A stretch of 64,000 nucleotides of DNA from a virus, in IMG/VR virus record IMGVR_UViG_3300037190_000626, positions 13,960 through 77,959 of that record; one strand, written 5' to 3'. The notes beneath the pieces are model-generated. The model ran no database searches and was not told the origin of the DNA. It saw only the letters and a list, made by a program, of their open reading frames with translations. The translations under genes were made by a program, and so were the position numbers. Position 1 is the stretch's first letter, and each line of letters begins with the position of its first letter. Positions 17,063 to 25,220 of this stretch are shown in pieces.

Positions 17063-17428
17063 ACTTAAGCTTTTGACTTAAGCTTGTGAGTCCTTACGTT
17101 AAGTAATATATAAAACAAGGAGGAGTGATGAGACCTGAGTCATTTAGGTCAAAACCATTTATTGATTGTTCTAAGTGGGAATGTTGGAATTGCGGTGCAA
17201 TTCACCATTACATACCTGCTGATTGTCAAAAATGTCGGGTGAAATTTGTCTCCCGACCTCACTGGGGTGTTCCCGAGAAAAATTCGGAGATCTCTGAAGA
17301 GAAGAAAACATCAATATCTTTTGATGAGTTAATATCTGATTTACTGAAAGGACCAGAAGAAGAGTAACTGCTTGATGCCCTGTATATATTATCTATAGGA
17401 CTCACAAGCTTAAGTTAAAAGCTTAAGT
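17063..17428. repeat. 32-bp inverted repeat pair flanking a small ORF
   Basis: ACTTAAGCTTTTGACTTAAGCTTGTGAGTCCT (17063-17094) and AGGACTCACAAGCTTAAGTTAAAAGCTTAAGT (17397-17428), 1 mismatch. Confidence 0.88.
17125..17367 (+). CDS. Small zinc-ribbon protein
   Basis: CWNC...CQKC; RBS AAGGAGG. Confidence 0.6.
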   Translation: MMRPESFRSKPFIDCSKWECWNCGAIHHYIPADCQKCRVKFVSRPHWGVPEKNSEISEEKKTSISFDELISDLLKGPEEE

Positions 17429-17453
17429 AACTCTAAATTCTGGGATTGACGCT

Positions 17454-17843
17454 ATGGGAAAAAGTTACAGGTGGGCAGATGTGGCGGGACAGTTTGTTAC
17501 AGAACTGTATGCCCGGGATGGTGAGCTATATGACGCATATTCCGATAAGAATCTGGATGTGCAGATTGAAGCGGCACTGGAGCATGGTGAGAGCTACGAG
17601 CTTACGATTGAGTTTCGTAGCAGCGGGTACTATGACCCCGGAGTCCTATCAGGGCCCCCGGAGAAGTGTTACCCGCCTGAAGGTGATGATGATCGTGAAA
17701 TGGAAGGCGTGGCATTATCCGCAGAAAACAACAAGGAAGTAGAGCTGACGCATGCTGAACAGGAAGAAATGTTTGAGATTTACAGGGGCGGGATAGAGGA
17801 TGTAGAACTTGAAACGCAAGACGACGACGGGGGTAGATACTAA
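17454..17843 (+). CDS. Acidic phage hypothetical protein
   Basis: YYDPGVLSGPPEKCYPPEG motif recalled from phage ORFs. Confidence 0.6.
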   Translation: MGKSYRWADVAGQFVTELYARDGELYDAYSDKNLDVQIEAALEHGESYELTIEFRSSGYYDPGVLSGPPEKCYPPEGDDDREMEGVALSAENNKEVELTHAEQEEMFEIYRGGIEDVELETQDDDGGRY

Positions 17844-17844
17844 T

Positions 17845-18744
17845 ATGCCTCCGGATTTTGCGATAACGATGACGACCTCTAAACCCTCCTTCCAACGCAT
17901 TGCGGTGGCTAAGGCGTTACAGGAATTAGCGCCTAAGGTTTATATAAGCTCTACTAAAAACAGGGATATGGTTCCCTTTATTCGGCAAGTGCAGAAACGG
18001 TGGAGACATTTCACTGTGACGCTCAAGGAAGCTGATTACGCACCGTTTGACACTAAGAAGTTCGGGTACGCACGTAATTGTGTTCCTGTGCTGGTATCTA
18101 ACCGGTGTGATGCCGGGGAAATTGTACCGTGTCAAATTCCGGTGTGTCCGTTTTGCTGGAGCAGACGTGTAGTAATAAAGGCGTGTAAGTTGCTTGAGGG
18201 GCACAAAAACGACATTGCGAATTGGAAGTGGGGGCACGTGGATTTTGGGGGTGCCTTTAATGACGTGTCGGCATCTGTGAGAGCGGCACATCGGGCTATA
18301 CCTGACTACAGCGGGGTGATTGCGTACACGTACTTGTGGGGCAATTCAGATTCTGAGACTCCCAGCTTTAGTGGCCGGGTAAAGTATCTTGCTGTCGGTG
18401 AGGCTGACCATCCTATCTCGCGAGGGGTACATGAAGTACTTAGTCCGTTCACTAAGGCCAAAGATGCCCCGCGAGCAATTGGACAGGCCTTTGCTTATCC
18501 GGTGCATGTTATGCCGCCGGTAGCCTCTAAGGAGCAGGTAGATGCGAGTGTGTATTGGTGGAACCGATTACGGAAGGCAAGGTTTCGTGCGTTTAGAACG
18601 AGCGGTATTTTTTATCGTATGACGAAGCCAGCAGCGGGAAAGAGTAAGAGCAAGGAGGCCAAGTTTAATGATATTTACAAGAGACTTGAAGTACTTGAAA
18701 ACAAGTTAGGTGTAGCGCCTAACGGGAGGAAAGAAAATGAGTGA
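17845..18744 (+). CDS. Hypothetical protein with Cys motif
   Basis: About 300-aa ORF with CQIPVCPFCW. Confidence 0.55.
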   Translation: MPPDFAITMTTSKPSFQRIAVAKALQELAPKVYISSTKNRDMVPFIRQVQKRWRHFTVTLKEADYAPFDTKKFGYARNCVPVLVSNRCDAGEIVPCQIPVCPFCWSRRVVIKACKLLEGHKNDIANWKWGHVDFGGAFNDVSASVRAAHRAIPDYSGVIAYTYLWGNSDSETPSFSGRVKYLAVGEADHPISRGVHEVLSPFTKAKDAPRAIGQAFAYPVHVMPPVASKEQVDASVYWWNRLRKARFRAFRTSGIFYRMTKPAAGKSKSKEAKFNDIYKRLEVLENKLGVAPNGRKENE

Positions 18745-19294
18745 GCAAGAGATAACATCTCCTCCATTTGCGACGCAATTGTGTACACCTTTAGTGATAC
18801 ACAGACAGTTGCAACTGTTAGAGGGGTGGGTAGATTCTCTACGTTATTGGGCGAACGAAGAATCTCGTAGATTTGAAGCGCCAGAAGATCCGTTTATTCC
18901 AGACACGAGACCAGTGCCGGTTGATCCTGCGATATTGTCCAACATAGCGATTCCAAGTTTGTTTCGCACGTGGATGACGCTGCGGGCTATTCGTGAGCGC
19001 TGGGACTGGATTTACCGGAATTACGAGGAGAATTGGGATTGTGATAAGTGTATTTTTAGCCGGATTATGTGTGTGAAGATGGGGGCACTTATCCTCCTAA
19101 ACGCATTCCTTGATCCGGAAACCCACGAAGCGAAGCAGGAAGAAGAGCGTAAGGCCCAGCAAGAGCAGCTGGCTGAGACGCTTAAACAAATTGGTATTCC
19201 TGACACGCTTCTACAAGCAATGGGAGTAATATCCGGAGATGACGATAAAGAAGAAATCGACTTCGACAAGCTGTTCCACCCCGACGATAACTGA
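18737..19294 (+). CDS. Hypothetical protein
   Basis: 185-aa ORF overlapping the previous stop. Confidence 0.55.
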   Translation: MSEQEITSPPFATQLCTPLVIHRQLQLLEGWVDSLRYWANEESRRFEAPEDPFIPDTRPVPVDPAILSNIAIPSLFRTWMTLRAIRERWDWIYRNYEENWDCDKCIFSRIMCVKMGALILLNAFLDPETHEAKQEEERKAQQEQLAETLKQIGIPDTLLQAMGVISGDDDKEEIDFDKLFHPDDN

Positions 19295-19583
19295 GGTGGG
19301 GCGGCGCTCGGTTCTTGCTGGTAAACGAGGCGTGAAAAGGATTCACGTTAACCAACACATGATTCGAGCAAACACTAAGGACGATGAAGATCGCCCTATT
19401 TTTACATGTAAAGCGGGTAAAGCGAATTACCGAGGGCACGAGATTCAAATTCACGGGCCTTCGGTTCTTGTGTATCCGGAGAGGCCGCTCGGTTGCGGCG
19501 CACGTGTGTGGATTGAAACACTTTCACCCGTGTCTATTCTTGAATACACGGAGGAAATTACAACAGTAACAGAGGTGACGTGA
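19239..19583 (+). CDS. Phage hypothetical protein
   Basis: RIHVNQHMIRAN...PLGCGARVWIET motif. Start uncertain. Confidence 0.65.
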   Translation: MTIKKKSTSTSCSTPTITEVGRRSVLAGKRGVKRIHVNQHMIRANTKDDEDRPIFTCKAGKANYRGHEIQIHGPSVLVYPERPLGCGARVWIETLSPVSILEYTEEITTVTEVT

Positions 19584-20161
19584 TGATGGAGTTGATAATT
19601 CAAAACGTTAGTGATGCTGAGAGTCCTTTGGAGTATTCTCCTTGGACTCTTATTTCGTTTAATGGCAAACACGTTAACTACGATAAGGACTTCGACCTTA
19701 AGGCTGCGGGCATTCGGCAGAAGGTAAAGGGTGCGACGGCATTTTTCCTCGACTATTTCGAGCATGGCCAGTGTAGCTGGTCGTTGCGAGGAGAGGGCAT
19801 GCAGTGTCGTTGGGATACAGCAACGTGTGCCGGGATCATTCTCGGGGACTACGAAGAATTAAAGCACCTTAGCCACGAGAGTCGATGTCAGCTCGCTAGA
19901 GACATGATGCGAAGGTACACGGATTGGTGTAACGGAAGTATTTACGAGTATGCGTTTGTTGCCAAACATGTGTGTTCTCAGTGCAACCACACCAAGCTGG
20001 ACTGGGACTGTACCGACTGGAACGGCACTTGGTATGACACCGAGGGCATGTTTGCAGACATTCAGACGGAGATGAAACGTGAGAAGTATGAAGTAAATAA
20101 AATCAGTGGTGGTGCGGCTTGGTTGGCGGATCATCACGAATTAGAAGGGATAAAGATATGA
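19580..20161 (+). CDS. Phage hypothetical protein
   Basis: YFEHG...RWDT...YTDWCNGSIYEY motif. Confidence 0.6.
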   Translation: MMMELIIQNVSDAESPLEYSPWTLISFNGKHVNYDKDFDLKAAGIRQKVKGATAFFLDYFEHGQCSWSLRGEGMQCRWDTATCAGIILGDYEELKHLSHESRCQLARDMMRRYTDWCNGSIYEYAFVAKHVCSQCNHTKLDWDCTDWNGTWYDTEGMFADIQTEMKREKYEVNKISGGAAWLADHHELEGIKI

Positions 20162-20361
20162 AATGTTGCATATGCGACGGAGAGATTGATAAACACTACA
20201 CGCCGGAAGGCAAGATGTACTGGGACAAGGGACATAACCCGGCCCCGGTTAAAACAGGTGAGGATGACAGGTGCTGTGACAACTGTAACGCCACCGTTGT
20301 GCTTACTGCACGGCTAGGCGCCGTGGTACGTGGGTCGTATCCGGGGAAACTGAAGCTATAG
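20158..20361 (+). CDS. Small Cys-rich protein
   Basis: MKCCICD...GHNPAPV...RCCDNCNATVV. Confidence 0.6.
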   Translation: MKCCICDGEIDKHYTPEGKMYWDKGHNPAPVKTGEDDRCCDNCNATVVLTARLGAVVRGSYPGKLKL

Positions 20362-20372
20362 AGGGGACAATA

Positions 20373-20693
20373 ATGATTAACGCCGTAGAAACTTTCAAAG
20401 AGCCTTTCTTGGGTGAGGTTGAAGCCACCTTGGAGAAGGCTATCAGTATTACGTGGGAGGGATGCCACAAAATCTATATCGCACTGGATGTGGAAAGTCA
20501 CAAGCGACTGCTCGAATATGGCTATGAGATGGTACTCGTCAAAGACAAGGCTGAAGCCCTGAACCAATTGTACGAGTGGTTCGATGTTTCATGCGGTCTT
20601 AGGTTTATCAACGCCTGTGAGGGTGAAAGTACGTTTCATGACGTGATACGTCAGTTCGACTATGACGAAGACGAAGACGAGGAGGATGAGTGA
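20373..20693 (+). CDS. Phage hypothetical protein
   Basis: WEGCHKIY...SCGLRFI motif. Confidence 0.6.
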   Translation: MINAVETFKEPFLGEVEATLEKAISITWEGCHKIYIALDVESHKRLLEYGYEMVLVKDKAEALNQLYEWFDVSCGLRFINACEGESTFHDVIRQFDYDEDEDEEDE

Positions 20694-20825
20694 TGACACA
20701 AGAGTTTTTTCAAATACTGATAAGTGTAGAGACAGAAGCACAACGAGAAAAGATTCTCGCACACCTTAGGGAAGGGGAAGAGGAGAACACCCTAGATTTT
20801 GGTTTTAATGCAAAGTTGAAGGAGA

Positions 20826-21083
20826 GTGACAATGTCTACAGTTAAAGAATATACGCTTCACGGTACGAAATACCGTTTTGCAGTACGAGAGCGGACTGAC
20901 ACGGATCTCAACGAGGTTGGGAAAGCAAGAAAGTTTTCCGCTGTATGCTCAGCTTCCTACGTGGCCCTTGAGGAAACCCATACGTTTTCTTGGCACCCGA
21001 CATTCGAAGAGGCTAACGAGGCCGCTATCGCTGCTGAGAAGCAGTTTGTGGTTAAACATGGAGAGGAGTTAGAGTATGATTGA
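20826..21083 (+). CDS. Hypothetical protein
   Basis: ORF with RBS in a co-oriented run. Confidence 0.5.
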   Translation: MTMSTVKEYTLHGTKYRFAVRERTDTDLNEVGKARKFSAVCSASYVALEETHTFSWHPTFEEANEAAIAAEKQFVVKHGEELEYD

Positions 21084-21312
21084 ACTAACAGACGGCAGTG
21101 TAAGTTTGCTGATCGGTGTTCTTCGAGAACACATTTTCGTCCACACGGGTGATAGGCATTCGGATAAGGCTACGCACCCTATTGAGGTGAACTTACTGGA
21201 TCAGCTAATTGAGAAACGGGAGGCATTTCGTAAGTGCTATTACCCCGGATATGCGGAAGGGAAGTCGCATGTTAAGCCCGATGGATGGGTAGACGATAAC
21301 GAGGAGGAGTGA
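21076..21312 (+). CDS. Hypothetical protein
   Basis: GAGGAG RBS; overlaps neighbours. Confidence 0.5.
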   Translation: MIELTDGSVSLLIGVLREHIFVHTGDRHSDKATHPIEVNLLDQLIEKREAFRKCYYPGYAEGKSHVKPDGWVDDNEEE

Positions 21313-21314
21313 GT

Positions 21315-21767
21315 ATGTACAAGTTTTTGATGGTATGGGTGCTTCTAGTACCTTCTGCATTTGCACAGGAAAGTCCGATTGCATTAGATATGCACGCGGA
21401 AGCGATGAAGCATCGTAAGCAGTATAATTTGAAGCCTCAGGTCTTGGATGAGGAGTGTTGCCAAATAGCTCAGAAGTGGGCGGAACAGATGGCATCACAG
21501 CATTCCATGTATCACGGCGGAGGTGAGAATATTATTGCGGTGGGTTACACCACACCAGCGAGTGCGCTCAGAGGTTGGATGGGATCATCAGGACATCGCT
21601 ATTGGGTGTTGAGTAGTGTAGATAAGTGTGGGTGGGGAGCCGCCCAATCAAGCACTGGCAGGTGGTACTGGGCTGGGGCTTTTCGGAGTTCCAAGCCCGT
21701 GGTCAGGAAGGCAGCCACCACGACTTACTACACTCCTAGGCGAAGATTTAGAATATTTAGGAGGTAA
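21315..21767 (+). CDS. Secreted CAP (SCP/PR-1) domain protein
   Basis: Signal peptide, then AQKWAEQMA...MYHGGGENII...WMGSSGHR...GWGAA. Confidence 0.85.
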   Translation: MYKFLMVWVLLVPSAFAQESPIALDMHAEAMKHRKQYNLKPQVLDEECCQIAQKWAEQMASQHSMYHGGGENIIAVGYTTPASALRGWMGSSGHRYWVLSSVDKCGWGAAQSSTGRWYWAGAFRSSKPVVRKAATTTYYTPRRRFRIFRR

Positions 21768-21770
21768 AGA

Positions 21771-21983
21771 GTGAGTAAAGAAACAGAAAAACCAGCGACA
21801 ACTTATATAGTTGACATTGCCAGCGTCTACAGTGTCGACGAGAAAACCGCAGACGAAATTAAAGAACGTCAAGATTCCCAAAATCAAGCGTGGCTAATCG
21901 ACCAAGTAAAAAAGGGTATGGTCTATGTGTGTGATGTCATAGAAGAAGATGGCTTTAAACACACGGGAGAAGCAAATGACTGA
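21771..21983 (+). CDS. Hypothetical protein
   Basis: 70-aa ORF with RBS AGGAGG. Confidence 0.45.
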   Translation: MSKETEKPATTYIVDIASVYSVDEKTADEIKERQDSQNQAWLIDQVKKGMVYVCDVIEEDGFKHTGEAND

Positions 21984-22344
21984 GAGAAATCACGGCGCAG
22001 GTCCTAACAAGATCCATACCTCCCTCAAGGAGCAGAGCCCGGAATACGCGAACAAGGCCCCAAGGCCTTGGGATAACGTTCAAATACGTATGGAGTATGG
22101 CGAATACGGGGGGCAGTTATGGGTGGACATGGACGATGAGAGGTTTACATGGGGACAAGGAGTCCTACTAGAAATATGGGAAGGTGAATTGCGTGTTGTT
22201 GTGTGGGCTGATCCTGAGAGTGAAGATCCTACGCACACGATTCCTATTTCGCAGATGAGTTATGAGTTTAGAAAAGAATATGAAAGGGACTTTGAAGATG
22301 GCAGACAGACAAACCCAGCTAAGCCCGGAGTGGCAGGAGTATGA
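21976..22344 (+). CDS. Hypothetical protein
   Basis: LLEIWEGELRVVVWADPESEDPTHTI motif. Confidence 0.5.
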   Translation: MTERNHGAGPNKIHTSLKEQSPEYANKAPRPWDNVQIRMEYGEYGGQLWVDMDDERFTWGQGVLLEIWEGELRVVVWADPESEDPTHTIPISQMSYEFRKEYERDFEDGRQTNPAKPGVAGV

Positions 22345-22660
22345 TCGTAGAGTACAATCTCTTGAAGACGAGGGACTTACACGCAGCGATGCCCAAGGCT
22401 GCATAGATGCCGAAGATAGGCTATTGGTAGAGCCTACCACCCCAAACTTAAAGGTAGAGGCCGAGCCTAGTGCTTGGAAACGGTTTTCAATCTTAGTCGA
22501 TATCCACGACGACGCTCATAATCGCAGTCAACGCAGCGGTGCGGAAGATTGGCTACTGACTGAGCTTACCAACGGGATACTCGCTGACGGGGTGGTTTAT
22601 CTAGCAGAGTGCAAAGAAGTACCACACGCGACCGAGGAAGAACTAAGGAAGTACGACTAG
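22298..22660 (+). CDS. Hypothetical protein
   Basis: RVQSLEDEGLTRSDAQG motif; contains one copy of a 31-bp dispersed repeat. Confidence 0.5.
   Translation: MADRQTQLSPEWQEYDRRVQSLEDEGLTRSDAQGCIDAEDRLLVEPTTPNLKVEAEPSAWKRFSILVDIHDDAHNRSQRSGAEDWLLTELTNGILADGVVYLAECKEVPHATEEELRKYD
22416..22446 (+). repeat. 31-bp exact dispersed repeat, copy 1
   Basis: ATAGGCTATTGGTAGAGCCTACCACCCCAAA is identical to 28822-28852. Confidence 0.85.
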
Positions 22661-22680
22661 AAGCGGGAAGGACCTTAAAG

Positions 22681-23046
22681 ATGACAGAAAGCGAAACGAA
22701 GCCGAGCCGCGTACGTAGACTAGTAGACGCTACCATCATTACGACGGTAAGCACTGCTGTAGCGTCCATAGTGGCCGGTGTGGCGCTCGTTGTTTATCAG
22801 CAGGTAGATTCGGCTAATAGGGCGTTAAGGGATCAGCAGGCCACGCTGGAGAGCCTCCGGCGTGATGTAGTCAAGACGCAAGAGCTTCTAACTGAGGAGC
22901 TTGCGCCCTTGAAGGCTCATCTTCGTCAATTGGATTCTAATCACAATGTAACAATTGACGAGATTAGGAAGCAGGAAGATCGCCTCGAAGACAAGTTCAA
23001 GGGTGAAGCTAGGAACGCACAGCAACAGCAGCAGCGTATTCCGTGA
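22681..23046 (+). CDS. Membrane-anchored coiled-coil protein
   Basis: One transmembrane helix followed by a heptad-rich region. Confidence 0.55.
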   Translation: MTESETKPSRVRRLVDATIITTVSTAVASIVAGVALVVYQQVDSANRALRDQQATLESLRRDVVKTQELLTEELAPLKAHLRQLDSNHNVTIDEIRKQEDRLEDKFKGEARNAQQQQQRIP

Positions 23047-23424
23047 TTACTTTGCGTAATTCATCTTCGCATCCTTGAAGCCATCGCCTGTTAGGTCGAT
23101 GATATCGTTCTTGATCTTCATACGATCTCGGTTGAGGTCACGGATATGGATAGCGCGTGTGCCTATTTCCTCTAGGCCAAGACCTTCGTCTTGACCTTTG
23201 CGAATAGCGTGCTCTGCGTCCCACATAAGACCGTTTACATGGTAAAGTTTATCAACGAGGTCGGCCAGATCTGGGTTGTCCAGATCGAGGCCTTCCTTGT
23301 AATAGTTAATCTGTTGCTGCATTTCATCCACGTCGATTTCGGAAGCATCTAGCCGCTGAATTTTCAGCAGTGCAATGGTGTAGCGATCTGCGACCTCTGG
23401 GATGGGTGTAATGATAGGTTTCAT
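23047..23424 (-). CDS. DUF6165/DUF4254-like helical protein
   Basis: EVADRYTIALLK...VNGLMWDAEHAIR...LNRDRMKIKNDI. Confidence 0.6.
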   Translation of the reverse strand: MKPIITPIPEVADRYTIALLKIQRLDASEIDVDEMQQQINYYKEGLDLDNPDLADLVDKLYHVNGLMWDAEHAIRKGQDEGLGLEEIGTRAIHIRDLNRDRMKIKNDIIDLTGDGFKDAKMNYAK

Positions 23425-23448
23425 ATAGGTTAAATTCCGGTATTTAAA

Positions 23449-24585
23449 ATGAATAAACCATTAGCATTAGTCGCTTCGGATTTGCATTTGAAGCCAAAGA
23501 CGTGGCGACACAGACCCATTGTAGGCGATTCCTACTACGCTTGGGAACAGATTCAGGAAGAAGCTATCCGATCCGGGGTGAATTTTGTCATCCTTGCGGG
23601 AGATCTTCTTGACCGTCAGATTAACGGCTCGGAGCCCATAATCAAGTTGCAGCAGGGAATTGAGAAGCTTGGATTTGCAGGCATAAAGACGTTGTTCATA
23701 CAGGGGCAGCATGAATATCAAGAATTTCCGTGGGCATCGTTAAGCAAGCATGCTCATCACCTAGCCTTTGCAGGCGTAGATATTGGACCTTTTTGGGTGG
23801 AAGGAATTGATTATCAATCCAAGGAGACGTTTCGACGGGAACTGGAAGAGTGCTCTGAGATGGGTGACCAAGATATTCTGGTGATGCATCAGGTGTGGTT
23901 GGATTGGATGGGAGAGCGGGCGTTGCCTCAGGGATCTTTCTCAGACGTTCGCGAGATTGCCCCTAAACTTAAGACACTCATCACGGGTGATTTGCATGAG
24001 AGCCGTCTAGAGTGGTTTGACGATAAGAGTCTTCAAATTCTTTCACCCGGCAGTACGTGCATGCAGTCCGTGGCTGAGCCTCTCCAGAAGTACATGTATT
24101 ATCTGTCTGAGGGGGATGACGGGCTCCCGGAGTTCGAGCCAGTTGAGCTGAAGTCTCGACCGGTTGTTCGGTTGGAAAAGAAGCTTGAAACCCCGGAAGA
24201 TGTTAATGACGTAATGGGGAAGATCGAGGACGAGTTTGCTCGTGTGTTTGATTACGCAGATGCAAACAAGCTCCCGGAGGAGATATGTACTCCCATCTTT
24301 CACTTTACCTATTCGCATAATATTGCGGATGAGGTTCGTCGTATTGAGAATTTTCTCGATGGCAGGGCACATCTATTTTGGAAAGAGATACCCACCATGA
24401 CAGCAGACGATGTCTATTCGGAGGAGTTTAAAGCGGGCGACGCGGCTACAATGGCCGATATGTTACGGGACGAAGTGGATGACGAGAAGGTTCGTAATCT
24501 GTCCGAACGATTGCTTGCATCTCCTAACATAGTCGAAGAATTAGTTCGGTGGCAGAAGGAGCAGCTGACGAATGAAAGTAGTTGA
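23449..24585 (+). CDS. SbcD/Mre11-like metallophosphoesterase nuclease
   Basis: SDLH, AGDLLD, QGQHE, VMHQ, TGDLH and SPGS motifs. Confidence 0.88.
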   Translation: MNKPLALVASDLHLKPKTWRHRPIVGDSYYAWEQIQEEAIRSGVNFVILAGDLLDRQINGSEPIIKLQQGIEKLGFAGIKTLFIQGQHEYQEFPWASLSKHAHHLAFAGVDIGPFWVEGIDYQSKETFRRELEECSEMGDQDILVMHQVWLDWMGERALPQGSFSDVREIAPKLKTLITGDLHESRLEWFDDKSLQILSPGSTCMQSVAEPLQKYMYYLSEGDDGLPEFEPVELKSRPVVRLEKKLETPEDVNDVMGKIEDEFARVFDYADANKLPEEICTPIFHFTYSHNIADEVRRIENFLDGRAHLFWKEIPTMTADDVYSEEFKAGDAATMADMLRDEVDDEKVRNLSERLLASPNIVEELVRWQKEQLTNESS

Positions 24586-25219
24586 CTTAGGTACACGCAT
24601 TGGCACTACGTTGTTTTCGTTTTTACAGCGTGGAGGTAGGTTTTTCCCGTCTCGCCGGGACTTCATTTCCAAAATTCAACCTTCGGAATGTCTCGGGGTA
24701 GATAGGGAAGAAGTGTGTCGTGATGACTTGGAAAGTTTTGGCGCGTCTTTTGAGTGTTGGGATTTGTCTAAGGCGGCTTCGTTAGAAGAGCTGCCGGAAG
24801 CCGATTTCTATCTCGCGTCAAAGTTTCTGCATCATTTACCTACCGCCGAGGCAATGGACAATTTAGTTCGTGCCGTGTTGTCCAAGTCGCGTCAAGGTGT
24901 TTGGTTCCGTTTGCTGAGTTTTGAAGATGACTCTCAAACAGGGGAAGGCGTTCTTCTCGACGAAGACTTGCGTTTTGGATGGAGTAAGAAATATCTTCCT
25001 TACTTGTGTAAGGACGTTGTTTCGCTAGTACCTAGGGACTCATTTAACTTATCGCTCAATCCCGCTAGGCGTATTAGGCATACGAATGACTTTCGTGTGC
25101 TGCCTGTGTCGGCGGATGACGGCAAGGAGGAGTATGAGAATGTCATGGGACATAAACCACAAATTAAGTTGGTTCCTCCTGTCGTGGTTGAGTGGGATTT
25201 ATTTATAGAAAGAAAATAA
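24572..25219 (+). CDS. Class I SAM-dependent methyltransferase-like protein
   Basis: VVDLGTRIG, LGVDR, ADFYLASKFLHHLP. Confidence 0.55.
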   Translation: MKVVDLGTRIGTTLFSFLQRGGRFFPSRRDFISKIQPSECLGVDREEVCRDDLESFGASFECWDLSKAASLEELPEADFYLASKFLHHLPTAEAMDNLVRAVLSKSRQGVWFRLLSFEDDSQTGEGVLLDEDLRFGWSKKYLPYLCKDVVSLVPRDSFNLSLNPARRIRHTNDFRVLPVSADDGKEEYENVMGHKPQIKLVPPVVVEWDLFIERK

Positions 25220-25220
25220 T

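Noticed and set aside
16888-17076. 62-aa ORF over array block 2
   Set aside because: Same artefact of the repeat array.
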